A stretch of 64,000 nucleotides of DNA, taken from NCBI GenBank assembly GCA_963796455.1, contig CAWCLO010000010.1, positions 416,001 to 480,000 of the forward strand, given 5' to 3'. Under the pieces are notes generated by a model. The model searched no databases. It saw nothing but the letters and a program-made list of their open reading frames with translations, and was not told the DNA's origin. The position numbers and the translations under genes are program-made. Every line of letters begins with the position of its first letter. Within the stretch, counting starts at the first letter, position 1. This DNA comes from Candidatus Sulfomarinibacteraceae bacterium. GTDB lineage: Bacteria > Acidobacteriota > Thermoanaerobaculia > Thermoanaerobaculales > Sulfomarinibacteraceae. Below, piece after piece: positions 49,586-61,012 of the stretch.

Positions 49586-50917
49586 TTGCCAAATTCGCCC
49601 AATGACATCCTCGGTCTGGCCAAAGAACAAAAAGTTCATTTCATGCGCCTCCAGTTCACCGACATCGACGGCATCATCAAAAACGTCGAGGTCCCGGAAA
49701 GCCAGTTTCAAAAGGCCCTCGACGGCCAGATCATGTTTGACGGTTCGTCCATCGAGGGTTTTACCCGCATCGAAGAGTCGGACATGTTATTGGTGCCGGA
49801 TCTCGACACCTTTCAGGTCTTTCCGTGGGAGACCGGTCAGGGCAAGGTCTGCCGTCTGATCTGTGATATCGCCACCCCGGATGGTGAGCCCTTTGCCGGT
49901 TGTCCCCGTGGTGCTCTCAAGCGTGTTGTCGCCAAGGCGAAATCCATGGGCTACGAGTTGATGGCCGGACCGGAAGCCGAGTTCTTCCTGTTCCAACGCG
50001 ATGCCAACGGTTCCGCGATCCCATCCACCCACGACACCGGGGGATATTTCGATCTCAGCCCGCGAGACCTCGGTGAAGAAGCCCGACGGGACATCACCCT
50101 CGTGCTCGAGGCGATGGGCCTCGAGGTCGAGGCGGCCCACCACGAGGTCGCCCCCGGGCAACACGAGATCGACTTCAAGTACGGAGAAGCCGTTGCCACC
50201 GCCGACGCGGTCGTGACCTTTCGTTTCGTGGTCAAGAAGGTCGCGCTCATGCACGGTCTGCACGCGACCTTCATGCCGAAGCCCCTGGCCGGTGTCAACG
50301 GTTCAGGCATGCACGTCCACCAGTCGCTCTTCACCTCCGATGGGGAGAACGCCTTTTATGATGCCGACGGCCCGTGGGAGATCTCTCAGGTCGGCCAATC
50401 CTATATCGGCGGACTGCTTGAACACGCCCGCGCATTTGTCGCCCTGACCAACCCGTTGGTGAACTCCTACAAACGTCTGGTGCCCGGATACGAAGCGCCG
50501 GTCAACGTGGCCTGGTCGGAGAAGAACCGGTCACCGATGATTCGCGTTCCCGCCCGCCGCGGTGTCGGCACGCGTTGCGAAGTCCGGATCCCCGACCCCG
50601 CATGCAACCCCTATCTGGCCTTTGCCGCCATGCTCGCTTCGGGTCTCGACGGTGTCGAGCGCGGGCTCGAGTGCGGCGAGCCGGTCAACCGCAATATCTG
50701 GGACATGAGTCAGCGTGAAAAGAAACGCCTCAAGATCCACGAACTTCCCGCCAGCCTCGACGAGGCCCTCGATTTCCTCGAGAAGGACAAACTCTTGCGC
50801 GAAGCGCTCGGCGATCACATCTTCGACCATTTCATCTTCAACAAACGGACCGAATGGTCGGATTACATCAAGGAAATCCACCAGTGGGAGCTCGACCGAT
50901 ATCTCGATCGTTACTGA
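49586..50917 (+). CDS. glnA: Glutamine synthetase type I
   Basis: FDGSSIEGF, GPEAEF, HHEVAPGQHE, TFMPKP...NGSGMH, NSYKRLVPGYEAP, NPYL. Confidence 0.97.
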   Translation: MPNSPNDILGLAKEQKVHFMRLQFTDIDGIIKNVEVPESQFQKALDGQIMFDGSSIEGFTRIEESDMLLVPDLDTFQVFPWETGQGKVCRLICDIATPDGEPFAGCPRGALKRVVAKAKSMGYELMAGPEAEFFLFQRDANGSAIPSTHDTGGYFDLSPRDLGEEARRDITLVLEAMGLEVEAAHHEVAPGQHEIDFKYGEAVATADAVVTFRFVVKKVALMHGLHATFMPKPLAGVNGSGMHVHQSLFTSDGENAFYDADGPWEISQVGQSYIGGLLEHARAFVALTNPLVNSYKRLVPGYEAPVNVAWSEKNRSPMIRVPARRGVGTRCEVRIPDPACNPYLAFAAMLASGLDGVERGLECGEPVNRNIWDMSQREKKRLKIHELPASLDEALDFLEKDKLLREALGDHIFDHFIFNKRTEWSDYIKEIHQWELDRYLDRY

Positions 50918-50939
50918 TTACAGCGCTCATCGAGAGCAG

Positions 50940-50965
50940 GCCCCGCCAACCCGGCGGGGTTTTTT
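50940..50965 (+). terminator. Intrinsic terminator after glnA
   Basis: GCCCCGCC-AACCC-GGCGGGGT-TTTTT. Confidence 0.85.
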
Positions 50966-51087
50966 CGGTCTGGTGTTACATCCCTGTAACGCAACACGGC
51001 CACCACCGGTTCTCTGAAGAGATCCTTCCCTGATATTCAAACGGTTTGCTTACAATATTTTAGGGCTCGAGATCCACGGCGAAGCCG

Positions 51088-51102
51088 TGGCACATATATT
51101 GC
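51088..51102 (+). promoter_or_regulatory. Sigma54 (-24/-12) promoter
   Basis: TGGCAC-ATATA-TTGC; palindrome GTTACA-TCCC-TGTAAC about 100 bp upstream (50975-50990). Confidence 0.75.
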
Positions 51103-51369
51103 GAGCTTTTCAGTCGGCCCCGGTGCCGCGGACGACCCGCTCCCGAAACAGGGTGGGGTCATCCCTCCGACACGAGGCGTGATTGGTGCTATCAAATAAA
51201 CTCCGCGCCCCATCTGCGAGGCTGCATCGCGTTCCCGGCGCGACACGGGTATCGAGCGCCAACAACCCTGTTCTCGAGCCGAGCGCGAATCCTTCCTTCA
51301 CGGCCAGGGCGTACACTGGTCCGACAACCGGTCTCGGACCGGAGAGTTTGCAGCGGGGGTGACGAGTAC

Positions 51370-52797
51370 ATGTCCATCATTACCATCTCACGAGGATCCT
51401 TTTCTGGAGGCGCCCAACTCGCGGAGGAGCTGCACGAACGGCTTGGCTGGAAAAACCTGAGCCAGGAGGATGTCTCCGCAGCCGGCGCCCAGGCCTACCG
51501 GATCACCGAGCAGGAGCTCTTTCGCGGCCTCTATCTCCCGGCCAACTTCTTCGAACGCTTTACCCACCGAAAGACCCGCTATCTCCTGGCCACACAGGCC
51601 ATCGTCACCGAACTGCTGCCGGACGGTGACGGCATCTACCACGGTCTCGCGGGTCAGTTTCTTTTTGCCGATCTCTGCAACGCCTTCAAAGTCAGGATCG
51701 TCGCACCGATGGATTTCAGAATCCAGACTGCGATGCGTCGCCTCAGCCTCACTCGGGACGAGGCGGTGCGCCACATCCGAGACGCCGACGAACACCGTCT
51801 GCGGTGGAGTCGACAGATCTTTGACGCCGACATCAAAGACCCCGCCCTGTACGACCTGGTCGTCAGTCTCGAGTCGGTCAATATCGAGACAGCCGCCGAC
51901 ATGATCGCCGAGATCATGGAGAGCGACGACCACCGCCCGACACCGCAGTGTGTGCAGGACTACCGGGACTTCGCCCTCGAACGAAGGGTCCGGGCTGAGT
52001 TGTTTTTCAATTCACCATTCACACCGGACATCACCGAGATCACGGTCAAGGACGGCGAGGTCTCTCTGACCGGTGACAAAGCCTTCCGGACAGCCCGGGA
52101 GCCCCTCGTGGAGTTCGTCGGCAAGATCCGTGGCGTCGAGACCATCCGGACCGATCTGGGAACGACTGACGCGATTGAGTTCTCGGTCGACGATGATTTC
52201 GCCCTGTCCTCCAAAGACGCGACGGCGCGCGATGTCATGCTACCGCCTGAACAGTATCCTCACTGCCATACAAACTGCACCATGCGTGAGTCGATCGTGG
52301 CACTCAGCGCATCGGCCGTCAAACTCGAGGACGGCCACATCATGCTGCCCCGATATGTTTTGGTTCTCGACGACGACGATCAACTGGTCGGCGTGGTCAG
52401 CCGCCGCGAGCTGCTCAAGGGTTTGATTCCACATCTCATCGAGGACCGCGAGACCGCGGCCCACATCAAGGAGTTGGTGCCCTTTGGCGGCCAGATGCCG
52501 AGTGAGGTCTTCATCCGCTGGACCTCTCTCTTTTCGCGGGCCGCCATCGAGGCCTCGAAGGAATCCATCAAATCGGTCATGGTGCCGATCAAGGGAACCG
52601 TTCAGGTTGATGATTCACTGTCAACCGTCATTACCACGATGCTCCACTACGGCATCGATCTGGTGGCCGTCCTGGATGGAAAAAAGGTCGCGGGTGTGGT
52701 TCTGATGACCAATATCTTCGATATCGTCGCGCAGTTTGTCATGGAGCACGGCTCGAAGCCGACACTGTCCTCATCGGAGGTCCCGACCGATGGCTGA
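51370..52797 (+). CDS. Cytidylate-kinase-like domain + BON-like + CBS-pair protein
   Basis: IITISRGSFSGG, GIYHGLAGQF, YDLVV; C-terminal CBS motifs (VLVLDDDDQLVGVVSRRELL, VAGVVLMTNIF). Confidence 0.78.
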   Translation: MSIITISRGSFSGGAQLAEELHERLGWKNLSQEDVSAAGAQAYRITEQELFRGLYLPANFFERFTHRKTRYLLATQAIVTELLPDGDGIYHGLAGQFLFADLCNAFKVRIVAPMDFRIQTAMRRLSLTRDEAVRHIRDADEHRLRWSRQIFDADIKDPALYDLVVSLESVNIETAADMIAEIMESDDHRPTPQCVQDYRDFALERRVRAELFFNSPFTPDITEITVKDGEVSLTGDKAFRTAREPLVEFVGKIRGVETIRTDLGTTDAIEFSVDDDFALSSKDATARDVMLPPEQYPHCHTNCTMRESIVALSASAVKLEDGHIMLPRYVLVLDDDDQLVGVVSRRELLKGLIPHLIEDRETAAHIKELVPFGGQMPSEVFIRWTSLFSRAAIEASKESIKSVMVPIKGTVQVDDSLSTVITTMLHYGIDLVAVLDGKKVAGVVLMTNIFDIVAQFVMEHGSKPTLSSSEVPTDG

Positions 52798-54355
52798 TAC
52801 CTCGACTTTGCCAGCAGGCTCGAAAACCCGCGCTCGTTGGGCCTACAAGTTTTTCAAAAAGCCCAAGGCACCGGTTGACTGGAAGCGTCTGTTCTTCATC
52901 TGCCTCGGGCTGACACTGTTTTTCGGAGTCTACCTGTCCCCGCCATGGCCGGCGGCCATCGATCCCATGGGGGAGGCCTTCGAACTCAACAGCCAGGGCA
53001 AGGCGGCGCTCGGACTGTTCCTGCTGGCCGCCGTCTGGTGGGTCTTCGAAGTCATCCCCATCGGCGTCACCAGCGTCACCATCGCCGTCATCCAGGCCCT
53101 TTTTCTGATTCGGCCTGACGTCATGCTGGTCGGTGGCAAGGACTCGGTCGGTGGCGCCGAGTTGGCCTTCAAGGAGTTCATGCACCCCTCGGTCTGGTTC
53201 ATCTTCGGTTCGATCATCATCGGCATGGTCTTCACCAAGACCGGACTCACCAAGCGGCTCGCATACAAGATGCTCGTGTTGGTCGGTGAGAAGACCAGCC
53301 GCATCTATCTCGGTTGCTTTGTCATGACCGCCACACTGACCCTCGTCATGGCACACACCGCGGTGGCCGCCACCATTTTCCCGCTGCTGGTGGCGATCTA
53401 CCGGCTCTACGACGAGGGTGACGAACCCACCAACTTCGGTAAGGGCCTCTTCATGGGTATGGCGTATGTGGCGGGTGCCGGCAGCATCATCACCCTCCTC
53501 GGCGCCGCCCGCGGTGCGGTGGCGCTTGGCTTCTACAAAGAGATCACCGGTAAGGACGTCAGTTTCTTCGGGTTGACGTGGTACATGTTCCCCATCGGGT
53601 GGGTCATGGTCTTCGTTCTGTGGGCCTTCTTCATGGTGTACTACAAACCGGAGCGAGCCTCGATCCCCGGTCTCAGGGAACGCGCCCGGGATCTTTACGC
53701 CAATCTCGGACCGATCACCGCCAAGGAAATCCAGGCCGCAACCATCGTGCTCGCGGCGGTCTCGGTCATGAGCCTGCGCTCCTTCATTCCAGCCTTGAAG
53801 AGCGTCGACAAGAGTGGCGTCATCCTCACCGCAACCGTGCTCTTCTTCGTCCTCAAGATCCTCGATATCGGAGATCTCGAGAACGTGCCCTGGAACATCA
53901 TCCTGCTCTTTGGCGGCGCCATGAGCCTGGGTTATTGCCTGGTCCTGACCGGTGCCGCCGATTGGCTGGCCATCAACACCGTGTCGATGCTCAAAACGGC
54001 ACCGCCCCTGGTCTTCATCGTCGGAATGGCGACCTTTGTCATGATCATGACCAACCTGATCATGAACGTCGCGGCCATCGCCATCTGTCTCCCGGTGGCC
54101 CTCAAGGTCGCGCCGTACCTCGGTGTGGGCGGTGAAGTGATTCTCTTCAGCGCCCTGGTTGTCGCCGGCATGCCCTTCCTACTCCTGGTCGGTGCCGCCC
54201 CCAACGCCATCGCCTATGAGAGCAAACAGTTCACTTCAGGTGAGTTTTTCAAGGCCGGCATCCCGGCGAGCATTCTGCTGATCATCGTCACCGCGATCTT
54301 TGTCATCTTTATCTGGCCGATCATGGGGATGGAGGTGACCATACCCACACCCTGA
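52790..54355 (+). CDS. SLC13/DASS family anion permease
   Basis: WWVFEVIP, MAHTAVAA..FP, AGAGS..TLLGAAR, VPWNIILLFGGAMSLG, GAAPNAIAY. Confidence 0.9.
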   Translation: MADTSTLPAGSKTRARWAYKFFKKPKAPVDWKRLFFICLGLTLFFGVYLSPPWPAAIDPMGEAFELNSQGKAALGLFLLAAVWWVFEVIPIGVTSVTIAVIQALFLIRPDVMLVGGKDSVGGAELAFKEFMHPSVWFIFGSIIIGMVFTKTGLTKRLAYKMLVLVGEKTSRIYLGCFVMTATLTLVMAHTAVAATIFPLLVAIYRLYDEGDEPTNFGKGLFMGMAYVAGAGSIITLLGAARGAVALGFYKEITGKDVSFFGLTWYMFPIGWVMVFVLWAFFMVYYKPERASIPGLRERARDLYANLGPITAKEIQAATIVLAAVSVMSLRSFIPALKSVDKSGVILTATVLFFVLKILDIGDLENVPWNIILLFGGAMSLGYCLVLTGAADWLAINTVSMLKTAPPLVFIVGMATFVMIMTNLIMNVAAIAICLPVALKVAPYLGVGGEVILFSALVVAGMPFLLLVGAAPNAIAYESKQFTSGEFFKAGIPASILLIIVTAIFVIFIWPIMGMEVTIPTP

Positions 54356-54391
54356 TCGATCGCAGCGGACACAGCCTCGAGGAGGACCGAG

Positions 54392-55006
54392 TTGCCTACC
54401 GAAAAAATGATCGACGGTTACCGCCAATTCAGAGAGAAATTCGAATCCGAGCACGAGGTCTTCGAGCGTCTCGCCGAGGAAGGGCAGAATCCCAAGGTGT
54501 TGTGGATCGGCTGCTGTGATTCAAGGGTCGTACCCGAATTGATCACCGGGTCCGACCCCGGCGAACTCTTCGATCTCCGCAACATCGCCAACATCGTGCC
54601 GCCGCCGGCCTCCGCTGCGTGCGCCGCGGGCGCAGCCATCGAATACGCGGTCATACACCTCGAGGTGACGCACATCGTGGTCTGCGGACATACCGATTGC
54701 GGTGGGATCGCAGCTCTGGAGGCACCACCCTCGGCAGAGGACGAACCTCACATCGCCTCCTGGCTCGAGCTCGCGATGCCGGCCAGGACAGACGTGCTGT
54801 CGCGGGGAATCGAATCGCAGGACATCTATCTCGAGACCATCAAAACCAACGTCCTGATGCAGTGTGAAAACCTGAGAACCTACCCTTGCGTTGCCGAAAG
54901 AATCGGCGCCGGGAAGCTCTCGGTCCACCCCTGGCTCTACGATCTCCACACCGGTGAGATTCTCGAGTGGAACGAATCCTGGGGGGCCGTCGCCCAATTC
55001 TCCTGA
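54392..55006 (+). CDS. can: Beta-class carbonic anhydrase
   Basis: GQNP, CCDSRV, RNIAN, CGHTDCGG; TTG start after SD GGAGG. Confidence 0.93.
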   Translation: MPTEKMIDGYRQFREKFESEHEVFERLAEEGQNPKVLWIGCCDSRVVPELITGSDPGELFDLRNIANIVPPPASAACAAGAAIEYAVIHLEVTHIVVCGHTDCGGIAALEAPPSAEDEPHIASWLELAMPARTDVLSRGIESQDIYLETIKTNVLMQCENLRTYPCVAERIGAGKLSVHPWLYDLHTGEILEWNESWGAVAQFS

Positions 55007-55138
55007 CCGCGGGCGCCTATCGGGACGCCATTGCTACGATATCCTCGTCGGCGTGAGCAAGCACAATCCGGCATCGACGTTCCACGCCCGACCGAGCCGA
55101 CGAAAGGTCATCGTGTCTTTCGCGTCAGTCGGTGCTTG

Positions 55139-56209
55139 ATGCACCGATCTCAATCGGTCTCCAATGGAGCCTTCGCCGAGGCCTTGTTCACCCTGGCCGA
55201 TTCCGAAGCACCGGGTGATCGGCGACTCGCTTTTCTGCGCGCTGGATATCAAGCATTCGACGCTATCGGCGAGGCGCCACGTGCGATCTTCCAGGAGCTT
55301 CCCCACTGGCTTCAGCCGCTGGTCAAACAGCTCGCCGAGTGCCAAAGCGAAGACGCCCTTGCCGCGGCTGTCCAGCGGCTGCAGGGCAGCCAGGCGCCGC
55401 AGCGACGGAACTCCCGCAGCGGGTACTTGAGCCGGGCCGAGGTCACCGAGACCCTCCGCACCGGCGATCCCGATCTCCACCCGGACCGTATGCGAGGCGC
55501 CTTTCATTGGCACACCCGCGATTCCGACGGCAAGGCCACTCTCGACGCGATGGCTCGGGCATGTTTCCGCGGCGGTTCGGCCTGGGCGATGGTGACCGAT
55601 CATTCGCGGGGACTCGAAGTGGCCTCGGGTCTCGACTGCGAGGGTCTCCGGCTGCAGCGCAAACGAATCAACCGGTGGAACTCCGCCAACGGCGATGATC
55701 TTTTCGTTTTTCAGGGTCTCGAAGTCGAGGTCCTCGGTGACGGAACCCTCGATGTGCCGCGCGGCGAACGGCTCGAGGTCGAATGCGTGGTGGCGGCGGT
55801 CCACAGCCAGTTCGACCCCGATCGGGATCAGACCGATCGTCTCCTGCGGGCCGTATCCACCCCAGGGGTCCACGTTCTGGCCCACCCCCGAGGCCGCCAT
55901 TTCCATCATCGGCCCGGCCTCAAGGCACGCTGGGAAAAAGTATTTTCGGCCTGCGCCGACGAAGGTGTGGCGGTGGAGATCAACGGTTTTCCGCGGCGCC
56001 AGGACCTCGATCCCGATCTCGTTCGGCTGGCGGTTGCCGCCGGTTGCGAGATCATTCTCGCCTCGGACGCCCACGCCGTGCCCCACCTCGAATTCGACAC
56101 CTATGCTTCAGCCATCGCCATGCGCGCTGAAGTGCCGCGGGCACGTGTCATCAACATCCTGCACGCCGATGAGATTCAGGCGTGGTTGAAGGAACGTGCC
56201 ACAGATTAA
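55139..56209 (+). CDS. PHP-domain protein with a short PolX-like N-terminal helical domain
   Basis: FHWHT..SDG, TDHS, GLEVE, AVHS, LAHPRGR, EINGFPRRQDL, SDAH. Confidence 0.8.
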   Translation: MHRSQSVSNGAFAEALFTLADSEAPGDRRLAFLRAGYQAFDAIGEAPRAIFQELPHWLQPLVKQLAECQSEDALAAAVQRLQGSQAPQRRNSRSGYLSRAEVTETLRTGDPDLHPDRMRGAFHWHTRDSDGKATLDAMARACFRGGSAWAMVTDHSRGLEVASGLDCEGLRLQRKRINRWNSANGDDLFVFQGLEVEVLGDGTLDVPRGERLEVECVVAAVHSQFDPDRDQTDRLLRAVSTPGVHVLAHPRGRHFHHRPGLKARWEKVFSACADEGVAVEINGFPRRQDLDPDLVRLAVAAGCEIILASDAHAVPHLEFDTYASAIAMRAEVPRARVINILHADEIQAWLKERATD

Positions 56210-56312
56210 GCGTTCAGAGCGAGAGCCGGCTCAATGACCACCCTTTATGAGAATGGTCTGTACCCAGAACTCGTCACTCTTTACCCCTTGAGGCCGGCCG
56301 GTCGCTCGGCAA

Positions 56313-56753
56313 TCACGGAACGACAGCTGAGAGCTCACCGCTGATTACGACGCCGACGTCGTTGAGGGTTGTCTCTTCGAGGCGGGCACGCAGCAGGGTG
56401 TTGGCCTCGACGACGATTCTTCCGATGATGCAGGTTTCGCCATCACAAATCGCCGCACTGAGAAGACATCGGCTTGGGCTCGAAGGGCCCCTCGATGGCC
56501 TCGAACACTTCGAGGAGAGTGACGGTCTCAGGGTCGCGAGTGAGAAGAAACCCGCCCTTCGGCCCTCGGATCGACCGCACAAGGTCGACCCGGATCAAGC
56601 GCTGCAGGACCTTGGACGAGGTGCGCCTCCGAGATTTCAAATCTGGCTGCAATCTGCCTCGCGGTCACTGGAGCATCATTACGAACGGCGAGATAACCCA
56701 AGCGCATGAATGGCCAGAGAGGCCGCTTCAGAGATCTTCAACGCACACGGCAT
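56313..56753 (-). CDS. Rrf2-family Fe-S transcriptional regulator (3 apparent indels)
   Basis: Reconstructed: LKISEAASLAIHAL...EISEAHL-SKVLQRL...VRSIRGPKGGF.L......TLLEVFEAIEG...CLLSAAICDGETC. Confidence 0.85.
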
Positions 56754-56807
56754 CTATTTTTCCTCGTTTCAACGAAAGCACTGGAAGGGACGCTCCGAGA
56801 GGACCGT

Positions 56808-56825
56808 CCTTGACCTCGGTCAAGG
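56808..56825. promoter_or_regulatory. FNR/Crp-family palindromic operator
   Basis: CC-TTGAC-CTCG-GTCAA-GG, a perfect TTGAC-N4-GTCAA. Confidence 0.7.
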
Positions 56826-56967
56826 ATACACATACCGTATTCAGGCTATTAAGTAATCAAATACCGACTATTCCGGTAACAAATCGACCCAGACCGGAAG
56901 GAATGGTCGGAGGGAATGGCTCGATCGACACCTGCTGATCGCGGCGACGGTTGCGGAGCTCTCGTTG

Positions 56968-58931
56968 GTGAGCGACAACGCCATCGGTCAGCCCGCGTTT
57001 TGCGGCACGATTCAATGATCTGCCTTGGTACCGCTCAAACGTTCCCTGCATGGAAGCCTGTCCGGTCCACACCGATTCGGGCCGCTATGTCCAGCTGATC
57101 GCCGAGCAACGCTTCGCCGAAGCTTTCATGGTCGCCCGTTCACCCAATCCGCTGGCCTCGGTCTGCGGCCGGGTCTGTTCCGCACCCTGCGAGGACGCAT
57201 GCCGGCGGGCCTGGGTCGACGAAGCGATCACCATTCGCCCCCTCAAGCGATTCGTGACTGAAAAGTACGGTGCCGAGTCCTCGCAGCCGGATTTCTTCAA
57301 ACTCCTGATGTCCGGTCCGGACGGAGACATCGAAGCCAATCCCGGAGCGCAACGACTCGTGGCACATCGAACGTCTCAGCAGATGAGGCCTCCGCTGCGG
57401 CCCACCGCGGTCACCGGGTGGCGGTTGTCGGCAGCGGTCCGGCCGGTCTGGGGTGCGCCCACGATCTGGCGCTCATGGGCTATGACGTGACTGTCTTCGA
57501 GGCTCTGCCCGAACTCGGAGGGATGCTCCGCTACGGGATACCCGAATACCGCCTGCCACGAGGTGTCATCGACCGCGAAATTTCGGCGATCGAAAAGCTC
57601 GGGGTCACATTTCACAGAAACCGTCCGATTACCAACGACTTCGGTCTCAAACAGCTCCGTGAAGATGGATTCGAAGCCATCTTCCTGTCCGTCGGCGCCA
57701 TGCGCGGACGGGACCTCTCGATCGACGGCTCCGACAAGGACGGCGTCATCAAGGCGGTCGACTATCTGCTCAACCTCAATCGCGGTTACCGCGTCGAGCT
57801 CGGTGAAAAGGTCGTGGTCATCGGCGGCGGATCGGTGGCCCTGGATGCCGCCCGGACAGCGGTCCGGGAGTTCTACAAACCCATGGAAGAGATCGAGCTC
57901 ACCGCCGAGGCGGTGGCCAACCAACCGGCCATGGATGCTGCGCGCGGCGCGCTTCGCGGGGGCGCCAGCCAGGTCCACGTCATTTCGCTCGAGTCACTCG
58001 ATGAGATGCCGGCTTCGAAAACCATCCAGGGCAAGGATGAACTCGACGAAGCCTTGGAAGAGGGCATCACCCTCCATCCCGGGTGGGGACCGCGAAGGAT
58101 CCTGGGCAGCAATGGGGTCGAGTCGATCGAGTTCGTCGGGGTCGAAAGCGTCTTTGACGACCAGGGGCGCTTCAACCCCACGTTTGACGAGGACCGCACC
58201 CTGGTCCTCGACGCAGACTCGGTGATCCTCGCCATCGGACAACAACCCGATTTCAGTTTTCTCTGCGCTGAGGACGGGGTCGAACTGGACACCGACCGGG
58301 ACCGTCAAGATCGACCCCGAGACCCTGGCGACCAGCGCCGCCGGCATCTATGCCGGCGGCGACGCGGCCTTTGGTCCGAGGATCGCCATCGAGGCGGTGG
58401 CCAACGGCAAACGTGCGGCGCGCTCGATCTCCGAATACCTGATCGGGTCAGAAAACCGAACTCCGGCTCCGGGTCGATATCGAAAAGGTGGCGATCGAGG
58501 AGTACTCGATGCCACGCCGGCGTACGAAAAGCGTGGTGCGACGCTCCGCGCCGACCGTCGATGCGGGCCGGCGGACAGGGATCACCGAAGTCGAAGAGGT
58601 GATGACGCCGCGAACAGGCAGGATCAGGCCGAACGATGTCTCGCCTGCCACATCGACACCATCTACGACCCGCTCCTTTGTGTATCTGTGCAACCGCTGC
58701 GCCGACATCTGCCCGGAAAAATGCCTAACCTTTGTTCCTCTCGAACAGGTCGAGATGCCGCCGGAGCAACTCGAAACCGCGGTCGCGGCCTATGGACACG
58801 CCACCGATCAACCGATGACCGTGCTGCTGAAAGACGACACCGTGTGCATCCGCTGTGGTCTTTGTGCCGAACGTTGTCCGACCGAGGCGATGACCATGGA
58901 ACGGTTCAACTTCACCGAATCGACGGAGTAA
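56968..58931 (+). CDS. NfnB/GltD/DsrL-like FAD- and NAD(P)-binding Fe-S oxidoreductase with C-terminal 2x[4Fe-4S] ferredoxin (multiple indels)
   Basis: PCMEACPVH, CGRVCSAPCEDACRR, VVGSGPAG, GGMLRYGIPEYRLP, IGGGSVALD, ERCLAC, CNRCADICP, CIRCGLCAERCP across frames. Confidence 0.85.
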
Positions 58932-58936
58932 GTTTA

Positions 58937-59497
58937 GTGGCATCATCAGATTCAATCAACGCCGTATCGCAAACCAGCCCCGAACCGGGCGGAGCAGACG
59001 CGCCGCGGATTCCTGGACAAAACTGACAGCCGCGGTCGCTGGGCTCGGGGCGGCCTGATCATGAGTTGGCCGCTACTGCGATCACTGGTTCCAAACGTGC
59101 TCTACGAGCCACCCGAAGAAAGTTTCGAGTCGGCAGTCCCGAGAGTTTCCAAGAGGGCGTCACCTTTCTCGAGGAACACCGGATCTTTCTTTTCCGGGAG
59201 AGTTCGAACTTTCCACGCTGTGTCCGGAATCTGCACCCATCTCGGATGTACGGTGAAATTCTCACCCTATCCGCTGCCGCAGGAAGAAACCGTTCGCGAG
59301 ACTTCACCTTCCGGTCCGTCGGAGAATTCCATTGTCCCTGCCACGGATCCCGATTCCGGGGAGAAGGGACCAACTTCGCCGGCCCGCGCCCCCCGGCCCC
59401 CTCAAGTGCTTCCGCCTCGAAGTTTCACGGGCTACCGGTGAGTTGGTGGTGGATGTCGCGACCGAGGTTCCGCGCGAATTCAGACTGGTGGTCATAG
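58937..59497 (+). CDS. Rieske [2Fe-2S] protein with Tat signal (multiple indels)
   Basis: TRRGFL, CTHLGC, CPCHGS, GPAPRPL-like end. Confidence 0.88.
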
Positions 59498-61004
<1,507 letters not shown>

Positions 61005-61012
61005 GGTAACCG

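Noticed and set aside
56968..58931. Calling the flavoprotein gltD or dsrL
   Set aside because: No gltB or dsr genes adjacent; the context is Rieske/cytb, so no symbol was assigned
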